This document shows, in pieces, positions 1 through 14,280 of a stretch of DNA of 64,000 nucleotides; the stretch's first letter is position 1; the number at the start of each line of letters is the position of its first letter. This stretch comes from Podarcis muralis (Eukaryota): contig NC_135667.1 of NCBI RefSeq assembly GCF_964188315.1, positions 16,802,001-16,866,000 on the forward strand, read 5' to 3'. Under the pieces are notes generated by a model. It was not told where the DNA came from, made no database searches, and was given only the letters and a program-made list of their open reading frames with translations. The translations under genes were made by a program, and so were the position numbers.

Positions 1-2086
1 GAGGAAAGCTAGAATTGGGGGGCAGGGTGGGGGCAGCGAAGGAATGCGGTGTCAGAAAGAAGCACATGGCCCAAGGCCAAGAGAATGAGAAATGGGAAGG
101 ATCGAGGAGGAGGAAATTTGAAGCATTCAGCGACTGATTTAATGACTTCCATCAAAATCAAGGCTGAATTTGCATATAGTTTTTTTCTAAAGGGGGAAGA
201 TGTTGGATGACAGCTGATCAGCACATTTCACTTTTTGCTATAATGTTTTTATTGTGGAATTGTATGCCGCTTGGCGGTCAGTTGAAAATTTTTAATATAA
301 GCATTAGAAAATAGAGAGGGTTAAAAAAAACCCAACCCATTTGGCTATACTCTGGACTCCTTGCTTGTAACCCTTTCTGCCAACACATTTTCAAGTTTCT
401 TTCCATAAACATGAGGGCTGGAAACTTAGCTTTATAAAACAAAAGCTGAAATTTGCTTGTTTTTCACAAGCTCCCAAGCCTCTACTTCCATAGATGAGTG
501 TGTGGTGGGAGGGCACTGATTCTTAGTTAGGGAAACAAGAAACATCAGTCCTTCAGCCCAAAACATGGCTGAAACTTTGTCAAAAGAACAACAATATGGT
601 AACATAAAGGACAGCAGCTGAAGAAAGATAAAAGTCTGCAGCCCCGTCTGTTGGTGGAGAAGCTAAATAATGGAACCAAGGATTTGTAACTGGCAGGCAT
701 AATAAGAATGCAAGAGGAGCCATGCAGGATCCGGCCAGTCGCCTATTCCAGCATCCTAGTCTCACAAGGACCTGATCACAACAGCACTCTTGCCTCCCGT
801 GGTTTCCAGCAACTGGTAAACCTTAAGCTCCAATCCAAATCACTGGTCCAGGTTTCTTGGATTGTCAGGCCATATTGCAACGTAAAGGAAAGAGATGATG
901 TTGATCACATGATGAACCACAACATTTCTGCCAGGGGGGAAATGTGCCACTTTAAGTATGAGGGCCTTTGTTTCAGGCATCTACAGAGGCAGCCCAAATA
1001 AAACAGTTTAGGTCCTCTCCAAGTTGTTGCCCAAGTCCCAGAGATCCTCCTTCTGTTCTTGGCTCCTCAATCTCGAACTCACAAGCTAGGACCGTGTACC
1101 ATCTCTGGGATTTCTCTCAGGTCTTGCAGAGCACCCTGACCCTGCTTCTGTGACTCTTAGATCGGTTAATAACGTGGCTCAAGCTAGACCCAAATGGCAG
1201 CAGACCCATTTGTTTAAACCTGAGTCTGCCCCCTCACTTGTTGTTGTTGTTGTGAACATTTCACTGTACACAGACATTAAAAATCCCATACTAATAACAA
1301 AAACAAATCATGTAACAAATGGATTACATCTAAATGTGCTCTTGCATCATATTTATAAATGAGATATCTCTGTAGAGCGGTGTGCTTCACTCTCCCAGTA
1401 TTCAAGTCATGGTTTCCCAACCCAACAAAAGTCTACTATTTTTTTGTCATCATTCTTAGTCACTCTTAGTCAACTTAGGCTTAACAGCATAGTTAAATAC
1501 CACATTTTCACATTCTTCTTCATTGTCATGGACTAATGATATTCTACACTTTGCCTCGATTATATTGCGTCCACCGGTTACTGTCTGTAGTAGCTTCACC
1601 CCCTAAGAACCTTTCTCTCAATTCTACTACCAGAACTTTCACTATCAGAAGCAAATGGCTAAGCCCACATGTACCTTTTGATCTAAAAATGAGACCTGCA
1701 TCTCACCTTATATGTGACTTTAAGCAAACAGGATTTACATGCAATTTGGAGAGCCCTGCATTTAGACAAACAGATCTACCGCAATCACAATTGTTGTCAT
1801 GCTGCATATAAATAATCATCACATCATAAGATCAGTTACTCCAACTAAGGATTGGTTCCCAAAAGGTCTGATTTTATGATTTATTTGATTTATATCCTGC
1901 TCTTCCTCCTAAAGAAGGTCAGGGTGGCACATCTTATAGCCTATAGCCTGGTCCAAACAAGTCCCTTCAAAACTTCACAAAACCACTGGCCTGTTTTTAA
2001 AGTGTTAAAAACCACTTACTTTAAACGTGGTTGGTAAATTGCCCCTTCACATATTTTAAGGGGTGACTGAAATGTCCATTTCTTAC

Positions 2087-2279
2087 CTTGGTAGTGAAAT
2101 TTGAAGATTCCAGGGGTGGTGGTGTGGTAGCTCTGAAAGTGGATCAACACCTGATTGGTTGGGCTGCGGATCACCTGCCCCTCAACCATCAGGGACTCAT
2201 TGGCCAAGACAACAGGCTTCTCCCCTCCCAGGCCCTCTACGGTCAGCGAATCCTCCTTGGATAGATTCAGACTCTGCAC
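2087..2279 (-). CDS. SEZ6L2: SEZ6L2 coding exon 5 (CUB1, second half)
   Basis: ccccag|GTGCAG...CACTACCAAG|gtaag; VQSLNLSKEDSLTVEGLGGEKPVVLANESLMVEGQVIRSPTNQVLIHFQS...FHYQ. Confidence 0.92.
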
Positions 2280-2800
2280 CTGGGGGTGGAAGGTGGACAA
2301 AGTCAGGACAAAGAATGGAAGAAAAAAGAGCTTTCCCTCTCTTGGACCGAAACCCAGAACAAATGATTTACAAGGACACGTCTAAGCTTACCCGCCCTCC
2401 AAACACACCCACGACTTTTTGTCTGAGAATTAAAAATTAAGAACACCATTATTTTCCTCTAAGACCTGAGAATTTTGACTGGGGATGCAAAATGTAAACC
2501 TATTTGTGAGAAAGACTGTAACGCAAGATGCTGTTATTTCTCTGAAGGGAGCAAATAAATTTCAGTCACAGCCAGCATCCATACATTGAGAGAAGGTATT
2601 TTCAATTCTCCAACATCTAGAAGCAGTTGGCAGCAAGCAAGCAGATTTTTCTTTTTGTCTTGCAGACAGAAAAATGAGACAAATCTGAAGGACAAGAACC
2701 AAAGGGAACCAGAAAAGGCCAAGTTTTATGCTACCTTCTCATCCTCTTTTAAAAAACACTTAGAACAACGAACAGCGAGTATCTTTCAGCTTTCAGACTA

Positions 2801-3073
<273 letters not shown>

Positions 3074-3077
3074 TCAC

Positions 3078-3395
3078 CTGGCGTGTGCACCGTCGTGATG
3101 GTTGTCGTCGTGATAAGTGTGGTGGTGGTCTCCTCGTCGCCTTCGGGGATGAAGGCCGTGGTGGTGGCCGAGATGTGTTGGCCGGCAGACCCGGTCTCAT
3201 CAGGTGGAGGTGGAAGGCGGGGGGGCGCAGCTGCTGTGGAGGCCGGAGGGGTCGTAAGGAGGAAGCCAGTGGGCGGTGCAGCAGTGGTCAACGGGGAAGG
3301 ACCCGTGGCTGCAGCTTCAGAGGCTTCGGGGACCATCCCACCATCCAAGTGCTGGACAGGAGGGTGGAATGGGGGCAGCGTGGAAGGGCTACCTC
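3078..3395 (-). CDS. SEZ6L2: SEZ6L2 coding exon 3 (Pro/Thr-rich stalk)
   Basis: tcctag|GAGGT...ACGCCAG|gtgag; 318 nt, phase 1-1; ends GDEETTTTLITTTTITTVHTP, a SEZ6-family motif. Confidence 0.9.
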
Positions 3396-3920
3396 CTAGG
3401 ACACCACGATGGCAATGGTGGGAGAGAAGGAAAGAACAGGGCAAGGGAAATCAGAACGGATGACAGGGAAACATGTACATTTGGAGCCCCCCCACCACAC
3501 CCTTCCAATAGCCACTCTGCAAAATGCATACCGCTTTTCTGGCAGTAAACCAATGGCTATCTATTAGAAATAGTTGGTGGCTGGTACTCAATGGGACTGG
3601 TAGGGCGGAAGGCTGGGAGGACAGCAGTAGGTGGCGCTAGAGCAAATGACAGGCACAGCCTTGACTGGTTGTTAAGTAAGAAGGCTGAGGTTCGTGGGTC
3701 TGTGCCCCAGCGCCCCAATGGACCAGCTGCCACTGTATTTATTACCAATATTTACCAAACTGGAATGTTTATTCCAGTTAATAATCCAACCTACTTTATC
3801 CATAGTCCTCCAGCCACACTTTCCCACACAAGCCACCTCATTTACTTCAGCCAAAGAGGGCGCCACGACCTCCCCCTTCCTCTCCCACCCTCCTCCAGTT
3901 TATTTATTTATTTTTCTCAC

Positions 3921-4148
3921 CAGGGATGGGCTCCTCCATCAACTCGCCCCCCAGAAACTCCTTCCTCAGCAGTGCCCCCTGCAGCAACTCAGAGAGGCCT
4001 TCGGGGCTGGGGGGTGAGGACCCCCTGACCTCAGCCGAGACCCCCAGTTCCTCCTCCTTGGGTCCACCCATGGCCTCCGATGCCAGGGCCTCCAATTGTG
4101 GGGAGGGGGTAGCCGGGACCACATCGTCATTTTCCCAGAGGGGCAGGC
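3921..4148 (-). CDS. SEZ6L2: SEZ6L2 coding exon 2
   Basis: ctgcag|GCCTGCCC...ATCCCTG|gtgag; 228 nt; GLPLWE...LSELLQGALLRKEFLG resembles human GLPLKE...LAELLHGALLRRG. Confidence 0.88.
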
Positions 4149-7100
4149 CTGCAGCGAAGGAAGGGTGAATGGAAACCTATCAGCTTTTGAGCTTCCCCAG
4201 AAGAAGACTGGGGAGGACATGCAATAAACGAAGAAGTCAACAAACAATACAGGCCTCAACATCTCCGCCCACCACAATCCAGATCTTGCAGTGTCCTCCT
4301 TACGTCCCTCAGCACAGACCAAAACTAACCCTACCAGGTCCATGTGCCCTGCATAGTGGGTTGCAGCCAATGCCAGTCCTCCTAAGAGTAGACCCATTGA
4401 CGTTAGTAGACATGACCAACTTAGGTTCCTTCGTTTCAGTGGGTCTACCCTGAGTAGGAAGCAGTGTGGCCTGGCCACATACTGGACTTGGCAATACTTG
4501 ACTGAAACGAGGCTTCATAATTTCAGCAAGGCCTGCCTGGTGGGATATGGAAATGGCTGCAGGCCTTGTGGCAGCACGGACTTAGGCCTGACAATCCGCC
4601 TCTGTCCAAAGTCATGCCCCTTGTCCTTGTCTAGGAAGGAGGAAGAGGTGGTTCTGAGTGGGCATAAGGTCGGCTGAGGAGGAATAAGTCACTTGGCCAC
4701 TGACCGGTGGTGATGGAAGCCCAGCCACTCCCACCCATAGGTCAACTGTCCATCCCTGAAATATGGCCTTGGCTTGGCGGTAGGGGGAAAGGCATGCACA
4801 ACATTGGCCACCACTTCCATTGCTCCACCACATCTGTTATAACATTTGGCCACCTCTGTGCTTTAACTTGAGGGAGAAGATGTACCCCTAGTCCTCTTAG
4901 CATTCGTGTAGACCTCTTTTGGGTTTTTTTTTAGAAAGCTACAGGAGGGTGATGCTTTGGCTAAAACAGAGGTGTTTCTTATAGACTGCGAAGGGTCCCT
5001 CCACACAAACTTCCCATCCCTAACTGGAGCACTGGGCCGCATGCCTGCTTATTGCCCCAAACGGAAATAAATTCCAGTTCTCAGACTTCCCATGCATCTG
5101 TGTTTGATACAGGCACCTAGGGGTCTTCACACTGCCCCCTCATCCTGGAAAGACTTCTGAAGCCTTTGTTCTGTATGAGAGCACGCTAAGAATTTGATGC
5201 TGGCCCATTAAAAGAAAGTGGAAATATTTCTTAGTCCTGCCTCCCCACCCACCCTGGTTATCTTGCTTTCTCAGCTGTTAATTAATCCAGACAAAAAGAA
5301 TTGTTTTGTGCGGTCATTAACATACAGTTCAAGGGGGCTTACTCACTAAACTAGAAAAGTGTTCTAGGGCTGCAGCCCAAACTACACTTTTCTTTAAGTG
5401 TGGTAAAAATGAGATATTTCCCCCTCGCTGATTCAGTCTGTTTCTATAATCCTATGTGCCCATTTGCAGATGCAAGCAGGGGTGTTCTCATAACCATTTA
5501 GAGGGTCTAAAACTACTGAATGAACTCCTATTGGAATAACTCATTGTTTTTATCAATGCTGGTTGGATGAACACACTGGTTAAAAAAGGACGAAGAGGCC
5601 GTTCATTTAGAAGTTAGGCCTTGCGAACAAAATGGGTGATCAGTGTGTGTTTAAGGTAGAGTAATTTATCTGGGATAAAGTGGCACTGTCGGCAAACTGC
5701 GCAGCTGAAGTGTGATAAGAAGGCAAGCGAATTGGAGAGACATGATCTTGTGACAGTGAAGCGGTAGCTAAAATGCAAACTGGGAGGTAACTAATGTGTG
5801 TTAAGTGCTCTTGTGAATGCTTGCCTGTCTGCCTCCCTCCTCCCATTTTACTGCAGAAGGCTGCGTCATTTAGCTCCATATTTTACACATTAAGTTTGGC
5901 CTTGGTGCTAGGAAAATAGAAGGGGAAAGAGCCTGTAGGCTAGGACGCAGGGCGCTGATTGAAAGGTGGTTGGCAGGCTCTAAGAGGCAGCTCAGGGATG
6001 GGATAGCAGGGGGGTTTGCGGATCACGGGCTGAAGGGCCTTGAATGATGAGCCCCGCACATCACTCTTGCTGCCTTGATGTGACAAGTTCGGCAGTGACA
6101 GCCGCCGCCGCCGTAGGCGTCTGACAGCATGTGAGATCCTGGCAGCTGCTGGCGAGCCATTAATTGCTCTGAACTCGCTCCATTAAGAAGGCCAGCTGCC
6201 TGGCAGGCCTTGTGGGCCCAGCCATTCGCCACCCCACAGTAAAGTGGCAGAGAGACCCCAACGGTGTGGGAAGGCCCATCCCATTTAGGGATCCGTCAGC
6301 CACTCCTAGCCAGCCAGCCACCCCCTCAACGAGACAGATGTCAAAAATCAAAGAGCAGCTGCCTCTGGGGTGGGAAGAGAACGATTGTTAGGCAGGAAAA
6401 GATAACCTTCTGTGGAAGGCCACATTAATTTGGTGGCACATCACACACTCAGCATCTCCTAAGTGAGTGATTGCTCACATATAACCTCCCCCTGCCATTA
6501 AAAAAAAACCAAAATCAGCGAAGGTGGGCGACACCTGTGATTTCAAGATAGTATAGGAAGGAACACAGTTAGCTGGAATCCAGATAAACATCTAGTCTCC
6601 ACACCCAAATGGAAAAAATCTATGCTTCCCAAATCCTTAGTTCCTGCAGTGCATCAGTAATAACCCCAACCTTCATGGAGTCCTGGGCCTAGCCTCATCT
6701 TTCACCATTCTACCTCACAACCCTTCTGCCCTCCCACATCTAGTTTTCTTGCTGCCATGGTACTTTAAGGCCTTGAAAACGGAGCAGCCTGCTACCCCAG
6801 CTGAGCACCCCACATAAATCCAGCAACACTGAGGTTTTCCCCCACCTTAACTGCATTGCAAAGCTGCATGATCGCTGATCCTGTTTGGAAATGCATTGCC
6901 CAAGCCAGCCTGCCCCCCCCCCCCTTTCCATGATGCCACAGTTCCCCAAATCTCTTCAGCCCTTTACACAACCCTGCATGCTGTACATCCCAGAACTGAA
7001 TGACAATGAAAAAGAAACACAATCCTTATGTTTGGGCACCCCTTTTCTGATTTTGCGAAGAGATCCATTTTTATTAAGAGGGACCTTGTAAACCTGTTTT

Positions 7101-8032
7101 GTTTCTACGTTGCATGAAAAAGCATGTCTCCTTTTAGCAATGCAGGAATCCTGAATCTGTTTTTCTTTGCAGTGTTGTATGTAACACCCCACTTTCTTTC
7201 TTTTTCTTACACACATCGGCATCTATTTGTACCCCAGTTCTTTGACCTCCACGTTTCAAAATTCAACTCAACTCCCAACCCCAAATGTCCTGTCTGCACT
7301 CGTATCAATCAAGGGTCAGCCCCAGATTTCTGCTTCACTTGCAATGTTCTGCGACAACCTGACACCCCTCCCCCGTTATTAATAATTGGTTGCCTTGAAG
7401 CCCGTGCTCCCCTTTACAATGTTGCGGAGGCATACTAATAATCAAAAGCAAAGGCAGTTTATGGACCCCTTTGTACTATATTTTGTAATCTTTTTAAACA
7501 GAATATTTCCCTGTCCATTCCCCCCAGGACACCCTTGATTATCATTCGTTTGCTACTGATGCATGCTACTCCTCAGATCTCTGTATTCCACCTCTACAAA
7601 CCCCAAAGAGGATCACCCCCTTTTCCCCTTTCTTTTTTTGCAAGGAGGCACAGAACCTCCCAGCTCTGTGCAACAATTTTTCCATCCCTCGTTTCATTTT
7701 GCAAGCGCTTATAATAACCCTGGCAGCCTTCGTGTACCCTCCCATCACAATCTCATACCCAAAGCTGTTTTAATATCCATGTGTTTCCATGCAAGGCAGA
7801 AAAATATTTCAGGTTGGTTTTTTTAAGGTGCGTTTGGAAATATTGCTCATATGCCTGCAACACCGCGTTCACAACATACCCACCTGCCATTTGCACCCTG
7901 GGGGGGGGGAGATGAGAATGCGTTTTCAATCCCCTTTCCTTTGGTACAAAACACTGTCAAAATGCAACAAGCCCATTCCGTTTTGGTACACACACCCCCA
8001 AACCCCTCTCCCGACAAAGCCAGCCCCCTTAC

Positions 8033-8105
8033 CTTGTAGAAGAGGCACAGAGCTCAGCAGCAGAAGGAACAGCATTTTGGACGCTGCTTTTTCCGAACAG
8101 CCCAT
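8033..8105 (-). CDS. SEZ6L2: SEZ6L2 coding exon 1 (signal peptide)
   Basis: ATG...CTACAAG|gtaag; MGCSEKAASKMLFLLLLSSVPLLQG has a hydrophobic signal peptide; phase 1 joins exon 2. Confidence 0.8.
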
Positions 8106-10240
8106 TTTGGATTTCTTCAGACCTGCAGAATACCTAGTCTAGCTATTTCCTTCTCCTACCAGGCAAGGGAGCCGTGGAGCCAGGAGCCTGCTTAGCAAAT
8201 GAAAATGCAGTAGATTCCCTTGCAATGGCTATTCCTGTGTTATTTTCTTCCTTCCTCTTTTTTCTCTCCCTTCCAAAAGCAATCTAGGATTTGTGTTTCA
8301 GAAATAGTTGGCTATTTCTGAAATATTTCTGCTGCTCATTGGTTGTTCTTTTGAAAGCGTACAACACTTATTTTTTTAAAAAAACAGATAAATCATATAG
8401 ATACCTTCCTTTAGATAAATATACATACATACTTTAAAGGTGAAGCAGTGTAACACCTTTTCATTTTCAGTTCCAGGCCTCTTTGGCAAATAATGCCTCC
8501 CTCTGTCTCTCTTATGGTTTTTGCCCACAGAATATAGCAGTTACCTAAGCCCACTTTTAACACAGAAAATGCAGGATGCAGAGAAGCATTTCTTTGCATA
8601 TGAAAAGGCACTGGCTCCCTGGTTTCTTGGCAGGATGAATGAAGTGGATCCTCCTGTCTTTCCACAAACCCATATGACACCTTATAAACCCTTCAGCAAA
8701 AGCTGTGAACAAGCCCACCTACACACCTATCTGAAAAGTCACATATAGATTCCTGTCATTTCAGAGACTTTACATTTATTACCCGTGGCACATTGTTCCC
8801 CCTCCCCTCCCAATCTTGCCAAAGCAATTCAGATTCAGTTGCCAAAAAAGAGAGATCAGATGGATGCAGTAATCTGCCCTTTAAAAAAAAATAGTAAAAC
8901 CTTGGGTGCCTATCAATTCGTTTGGCAAATCAAGTAGCGCTCTCTCTCTCTCTGTTTCTAGCTCTCTCTGTCCTTGAGAATGAAACGCAATGGATGGCAG
9001 CCTGTGCATTTGCAACAGAAATGCAGCCGGTAGCTACAGATTATTCTGGGTCCTAGGGTAGCCTTTTGCAGAATGTGGAATCTAGATCTTCCACTCCCAC
9101 CCCAGAAGGTGCCTATATAGTATAGGTAAATGACTTACAAATGCAATGAAGGAAAAATAACTACCTGTCCTTTTTAAAAAATAATAATAATATGAAGACA
9201 ATGCAATGTTTGTTGGCAAGCAGCACTGAGGCCTTAACTAAAATGCAGCCTTTGGATCTGCAAAATAATACCTACAGATAAGCAGATCTCTTTTTCTTTG
9301 AGACTGAAAATAAATACATGGGAGGGGGAAAATGCAAAGGCAAAACTATGCTTCTTTAATAAGCAGTGGGCTGGAATTTTAGAAGAAGAAAACAACAACA
9401 ACCCATGTTGACTATTATATGGCTGTCCACTAAACATGGGTCACATTTAGATACTGTACTTCCTTTTGAGAGATGCAGGTGGTAGCACTTTAAAACGTAC
9501 CACAACAAGGTGCCTAAGTAGCTTAGTCCATTTTGCAAAAGAAGAGCAGCTTTTATGCAGTTCTTGCAAATTCAACTCAGGTATCCAGGCAGAGACATTG
9601 GATTTGCATCTACAGTATTTAGTACATCAGTTTCTCTGTATTTTATGCCACCTTCAGCATCCTAGCTCTCTATGGGTTTTTGCAAACTACAGGCCTCAGT
9701 TTTCTCACAAATGTCGTTAATTGTCCTCAAATTCTTATATACCTCATCATTCTGTATTCAGCAATGTTGCCTTTATTTCCTTTCCTTTTTTTGCAATGTT
9801 CCATAATTATTGGGGGCAGGGGGTTACAGTTAATCCCTGTCCTTTAGTAAGTTGCTCATTTTACCTTCCTTTCTCCCAAAATTAGATGTTGCTTAATTTG
9901 CAAGCTCCTGTACCCATATCTGGGTACCCCTCCCAACAACCTCTGCCATCAAATATATCGCTCCCATAAACCTCTTCAGCAAGGCAAAAGCAGCAGCAGC
10001 AGCAACAACAACAACCCTGCCCCCTTTCATCACAGACTGTGGGGGGGGGGAGAGAGAGAGAGAGAGAGAGAATCAAGGTGGGTGTGTGGAAGTTCCTGAA
10101 ATGAATGAATGTGGGGGCCAAGAGGAGTTATGTGGGATGGAGAGACATTCGAATAGGGTGGGGTGGCTGTTGGGGGGAACAGCAGAAAGGAGGGGAATCT
10201 CCCTTCCTTGGCTGCTTCAACTTAATCTTCCCTCACAATG

Positions 10241-10350
10241 GTTGCTATGGGAGTTGCAGTGGGAGAGCGGTTGCTAAGGGAGGCACTGTAGTTGCCAGGC
10301 AGTTGCTAAGATAGGTACCAGAGACTGGTAGGGAAGTTGCTAAGGGCAAT
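10241..10350 (+). promoter_or_regulatory. Cluster of five RFX X-box-like GTTGCY sites upstream of SEZ6L2
   Basis: GTTGCTATGGGAG 10241, GTTGCTAAGGGAG 10270, GTTGCCAGG 10291, GTTGCTAAG 10302, GTTGCTAAGGGCAAT 10336. Confidence 0.5.
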
Positions 10351-11193
10351 ACCAAGGATGACGGATGTTCAGTTTCAGGGCTTGGTTGCAATATGAGAGG
10401 GGGCTGGACAGCAGGAAATAAGCCAAGGGTCTTCTTCTGCTAGTTTTCAAGCTGTGTTCTGGATCACCCTTGGATTTCTCAATGAGAAAATCAGCCATGA
10501 CACACAAGCTTATTTGAAAAACATGTTGTCCGTCACAACCACCCTTGCACCTGCCCTATGCAACCCAAAGGGAGTGATGAGTGAGTCCTAGGCTTCTGAA
10601 ACGAACCCAAAACATGCGTAACGGAACTGAACACATATTCTTTGCCTTTATCGCCATCTTTCTTGTCTTGCCCCTGCCCTGGTTGTCAAATTTTAGACCA
10701 TAAGCTTTGCGGGGCAGGGACCAGCATTCCTGTAGTTTGTAAGAGTGCCATGCATATTTATAGTGCTAATAGAGCATGAATATTAATATTATAGGGCAGG
10801 TTCTCTATTCATCATGTGGGGCAGTTCTGAGGACCAAGAAGTGAGTGTGCATCCTAAACACATACCCCCACACACTCACCCCAGTCCTTTGCAAACAAAT
10901 GTTGAGCATAGAAAAATGCTTTATATCAAAACAATTTGCCCATCTAGTGCAATACTGCTTACTCCAACTGGCAACAGAAATGAAGAAATAAATATTTAAA
11001 ATGATTTCTAGAGGGGTGGTGATTACACTGGGCAACAATTTTTTACTTTTTGAATGTTGTCTAGATTTCTACAACTGATTTAGGGTATTTTTGCACTGCT
11101 GAATCAGGAAATGGCATCCGTTTCTCTCCATCAGGTCAGGTTTACTGTAAACTGAATGGTGGGCATTGATAAAGGTAAGTACACATAAATTGC

Positions 11194-12525
11194 TTAGGGC
11201 TTGAACTTCCGTTTCTTGGAACTCCTGGAATGCTCAGTGGCAGGGAGGTCTCTCTTCAGAGTCCAACAGTCAGCCATAATGACTGTGTCCCAGCGACCCT
11301 GATACCTGTCTCCATCTCTTTCATGTCCTGATGGAATCTCTCCCCCTGCTCGTCACTCATTGAACCCAGGTTCTCAGGAAACCGGTCCATATGTGAAAAT
11401 AGGTAGTGCATCTTGACGCTCATGTTGCAGCCCAGGTTTCTGAAAGCAGTCAGCATGTTGTTGACAAGTTCTGTGTAGTTTCTGGCCTTATTGTTGCCAA
11501 GAAAGTTCTCCACTACCAGAACAAATGCCTTCCATTCTTCCAGTTCCACTTTGTTCATTGAGTTTCCGAACTCTAGATCTCTGATGAGCTGACGGATCTG
11601 AGGACCGTCAAAGATGCCAGCTTTCAACTTCTCCATGGTCAATCCTGGAAAAGCCTGGCACAAGTAAGTGAAGCAGTCACCATCCTTGTCCAGAGCCTTG
11701 GTGAACTGCTTGATTAAGCTGAGCTTGATGTGCAGTGGTGGGAAGAGTATTCTGCCTCTGTCTACCAGAGGGTCGTTGATGACGTTCCTTTTTCTGCAAG
11801 GCACCAATTCCTCCCGCACAGGCCAGTCCTTCTTCGTGTAATGCTGAGCACGGTCCCTACTATCCCACATGCACAGAAAACATGGGTACTTGGTGAAGCC
11901 AGACTGTTGTCCCAACAAAAAGTTCACCATCTTCAGGTCAACACAAATAAACCACTTATGCTGATCATAACCAATTTTCTCCAGCACATACTTCACCACT
12001 TCATAGTTCTCCTTCAGTGTACTCGAGTGAGCCAGGGGTAAAGAGGCAAACTGGTTGCCGTTGTGTAGCAGAACACATTTCAGTGATCGCTTGCTGCTGT
12101 CAATGGACAGTCTCCAATCTTTGGGTTTGTACTGTGGCACTCCAAGCTTGAGCAGAAGCTGCGCAATATCTACACAGTACACCAAGTCCTTCTCTTCCGA
12201 GAAAAAACGGAGGTACTCTTGATGCCTGTTGCGGAAGAAGCTGATGCGAGCACTGTCAGAGAGGAGGTTTTTTCCCCTTCAATCTGGATGCCAACAGTTT
12301 GGCAGAGTCCTTTGACAAGCTGAGGTCGTGAACTAGATCATTCAACTCCTTTTGGGAAAATGGATGTGGAGCATCATCTTCAAGAACCACTTCTTCTTCT
12401 TCATGTCCATCAACACTGGAGGCATCTTCGTCACTAATGTCAGGAAGTTCTCCAAAGATAGGCACTGGAATTTCATCACAATGAGCTACAGGACGACGTG
12501 CTGATTGAAGATCAGGATACTTCGT
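11194..12525 (-). pseudogene. Chapaev-type DDE transposase remnant, frameshifted
   Basis: KYPDLQSARRPVAH...SKDSAKLLASRL; IDSSKRSLKCVLLHNGN; CVDLKMV; YPCFLCMWDSR; PPLHIKL; HYLFSH; SDEQGERFHQD. A 1-nt frameshift near 11312 precedes YQGRW...MADCW...KRKFKP*. Degraded N-terminal remnants (IKLGDQ) extend to about 12700. Confidence 0.85.
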
Positions 12526-12748
12526 GGGGCGGCTGCCCCATTAACTTAGTTTTGATCCCCCAACTTTATGCTTTGCCGTACCAATTTATGGAAGATTTCG
12601 AGGTTTTATGACTTCAAACTGATCCCTTTTCAACATAATCACCCAGAACTATCGGACCTGAATACTTATTGTCATTAAAATAATCATTTCCAATCAAAAC
12701 AATTATTCAACATGGCATTTTACCCCCACCAACTTCTTCTAAAATGCT

Positions 12749-14280
12749 GACCCTTTTTAATCTATTTATAAGTGATATGAGGGCGCCTCTGATAGATTCT
12801 CAAGAAACGATCCACGCCCCCCCGTCTTGCCCAATATCGTTGCCCCCTTCTACTCTACGCAGACGACACAGTGATCCTATCTTTTTCAAGAGTGGGCCTT
12901 AGGAGGGCATTAAAAATTTTTGATGCTTACTGCAAATCAAATTTTCTTACAATTAATCATGCAAAGTCCAAAGTCCTAATTTTCACCAAGAGTCGAAAAA
13001 CCTATAATTGGAGAATAGATAGAAAAGCCATCGACCAAGTCTTTAAATTTCAATACTTGGGAGTCCTTCTCCAACACAACATGGGCTGGAAGGTCCATCT
13101 TGCATATGAATTAAATAGAGCTAAAGCCCTTTCCTTTGCGCTACTGCGTTTTTTCTTTTCAGATGGGGCTTTCCATATTCCATCAGTGTTAAAAGTTTTC
13201 AAGGCAAAGGTGATTGCAACAATAGCATATGCAATCCCAATATGGGGGTCCTTTGTTAATCTAACCCAATTGGAGGTAATCCAAAACCAGCTGCTAAGAA
13301 GGTTGCTAAAATTACCCAGGTGTGTAGGCAATACTGCTATACGACTCGAACTAAATGTTACATCTCTAGGAACCACATTATGGAAATGCATCCTCTGTTA
13401 CTGGTTGGCATTATGGCATAAACTTCCAAATCTCCACTTGATACAGTGTCTCTGGAGAGATGACTTCCCTAGCCCTTGGGCAAAAATAATACATGGGAAA
13501 CGTGTGTCCTTAGGACTATCTCCATCTGAACTACTAAAATTGGATTTAATTTCTGCCAAGAGAATTATAACTCACAAATTAGAGGAGATGGATTTACAAT
13601 TTAATATTGCAACAGGTGGTGGCACCTGTTCACCGATAAACCTTGGCTTAACACCACCAACGAAACTTCCATCTTATTTAACTACCTTATCTGTGGTGAT
13701 GCACAGGTATGCCTTTATAAAGGCTAGATTCAATGTTTTCCCATCAAATGTGTTGGGTAACAGACTCTCCAACGGACAGATCTCACTCCTCTGTGACTGT
13801 AAAAGTGGATCTATAGAATCGTTATATCATATAATCTTCTGTTGTCCATTACATTCGGCTTCACGGTCCAAGTTTCTGGCCCCATATTTATTGAGAATTG
13901 CTGACAGACCTCAGGAAGCCCAAATAATATACTTATTAAACGATGAAGACTCAAGTAGATCCCTTGCAGTCGCTAGATACCTGATTAATGTCTTATTTCA
14001 TAAGAGGAGAAATGGATCACTGTATGACTCTGACAGCTTAGCCAAACTTAAGAACCATCAATAAGTGCCAGAACTAAGACGCATATCCCCCAAAATCCGA
14101 GGGATTTGAATTGCGGTTGACATAGAGGGAGCTTATTGTATATAGTGTTTACTTAATTGAAGTAAAATTGGTTTTATATGGGTGTTTTAACTTGGAACTG
14201 TTTAAATTGTTTGTGTATGGATAAATTTTGATGTATTGTTTTAGATATGGGCCAATGGCCGTAATAAATCAAATCAAATC
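12749..14280 (+). mobile_element. 5'-truncated non-LTR retrotransposon (RTE-X-like; clade uncertain) nested in the Chapaev element
   Basis: RT motifs LFNLFISDM and LLYADDTV, then FQYLGV. C-terminal CDC...ESLYHIIFCCP knuckle. ORF open 12871-14064. (AAATC)n tail. TSD (TC)TAAAATGCT at 12738-48 and 14279-89. Confidence 0.85.

Noticed and set aside
4200-4850. Minus-strand ORFs (4309-4518, 4612-4833, 3966-4478) as an extra SEZ6L2 exon
   Set aside because: All three frames hit stops between the ORFs, there is no homology, and exon 1 splices in phase directly to 4148.
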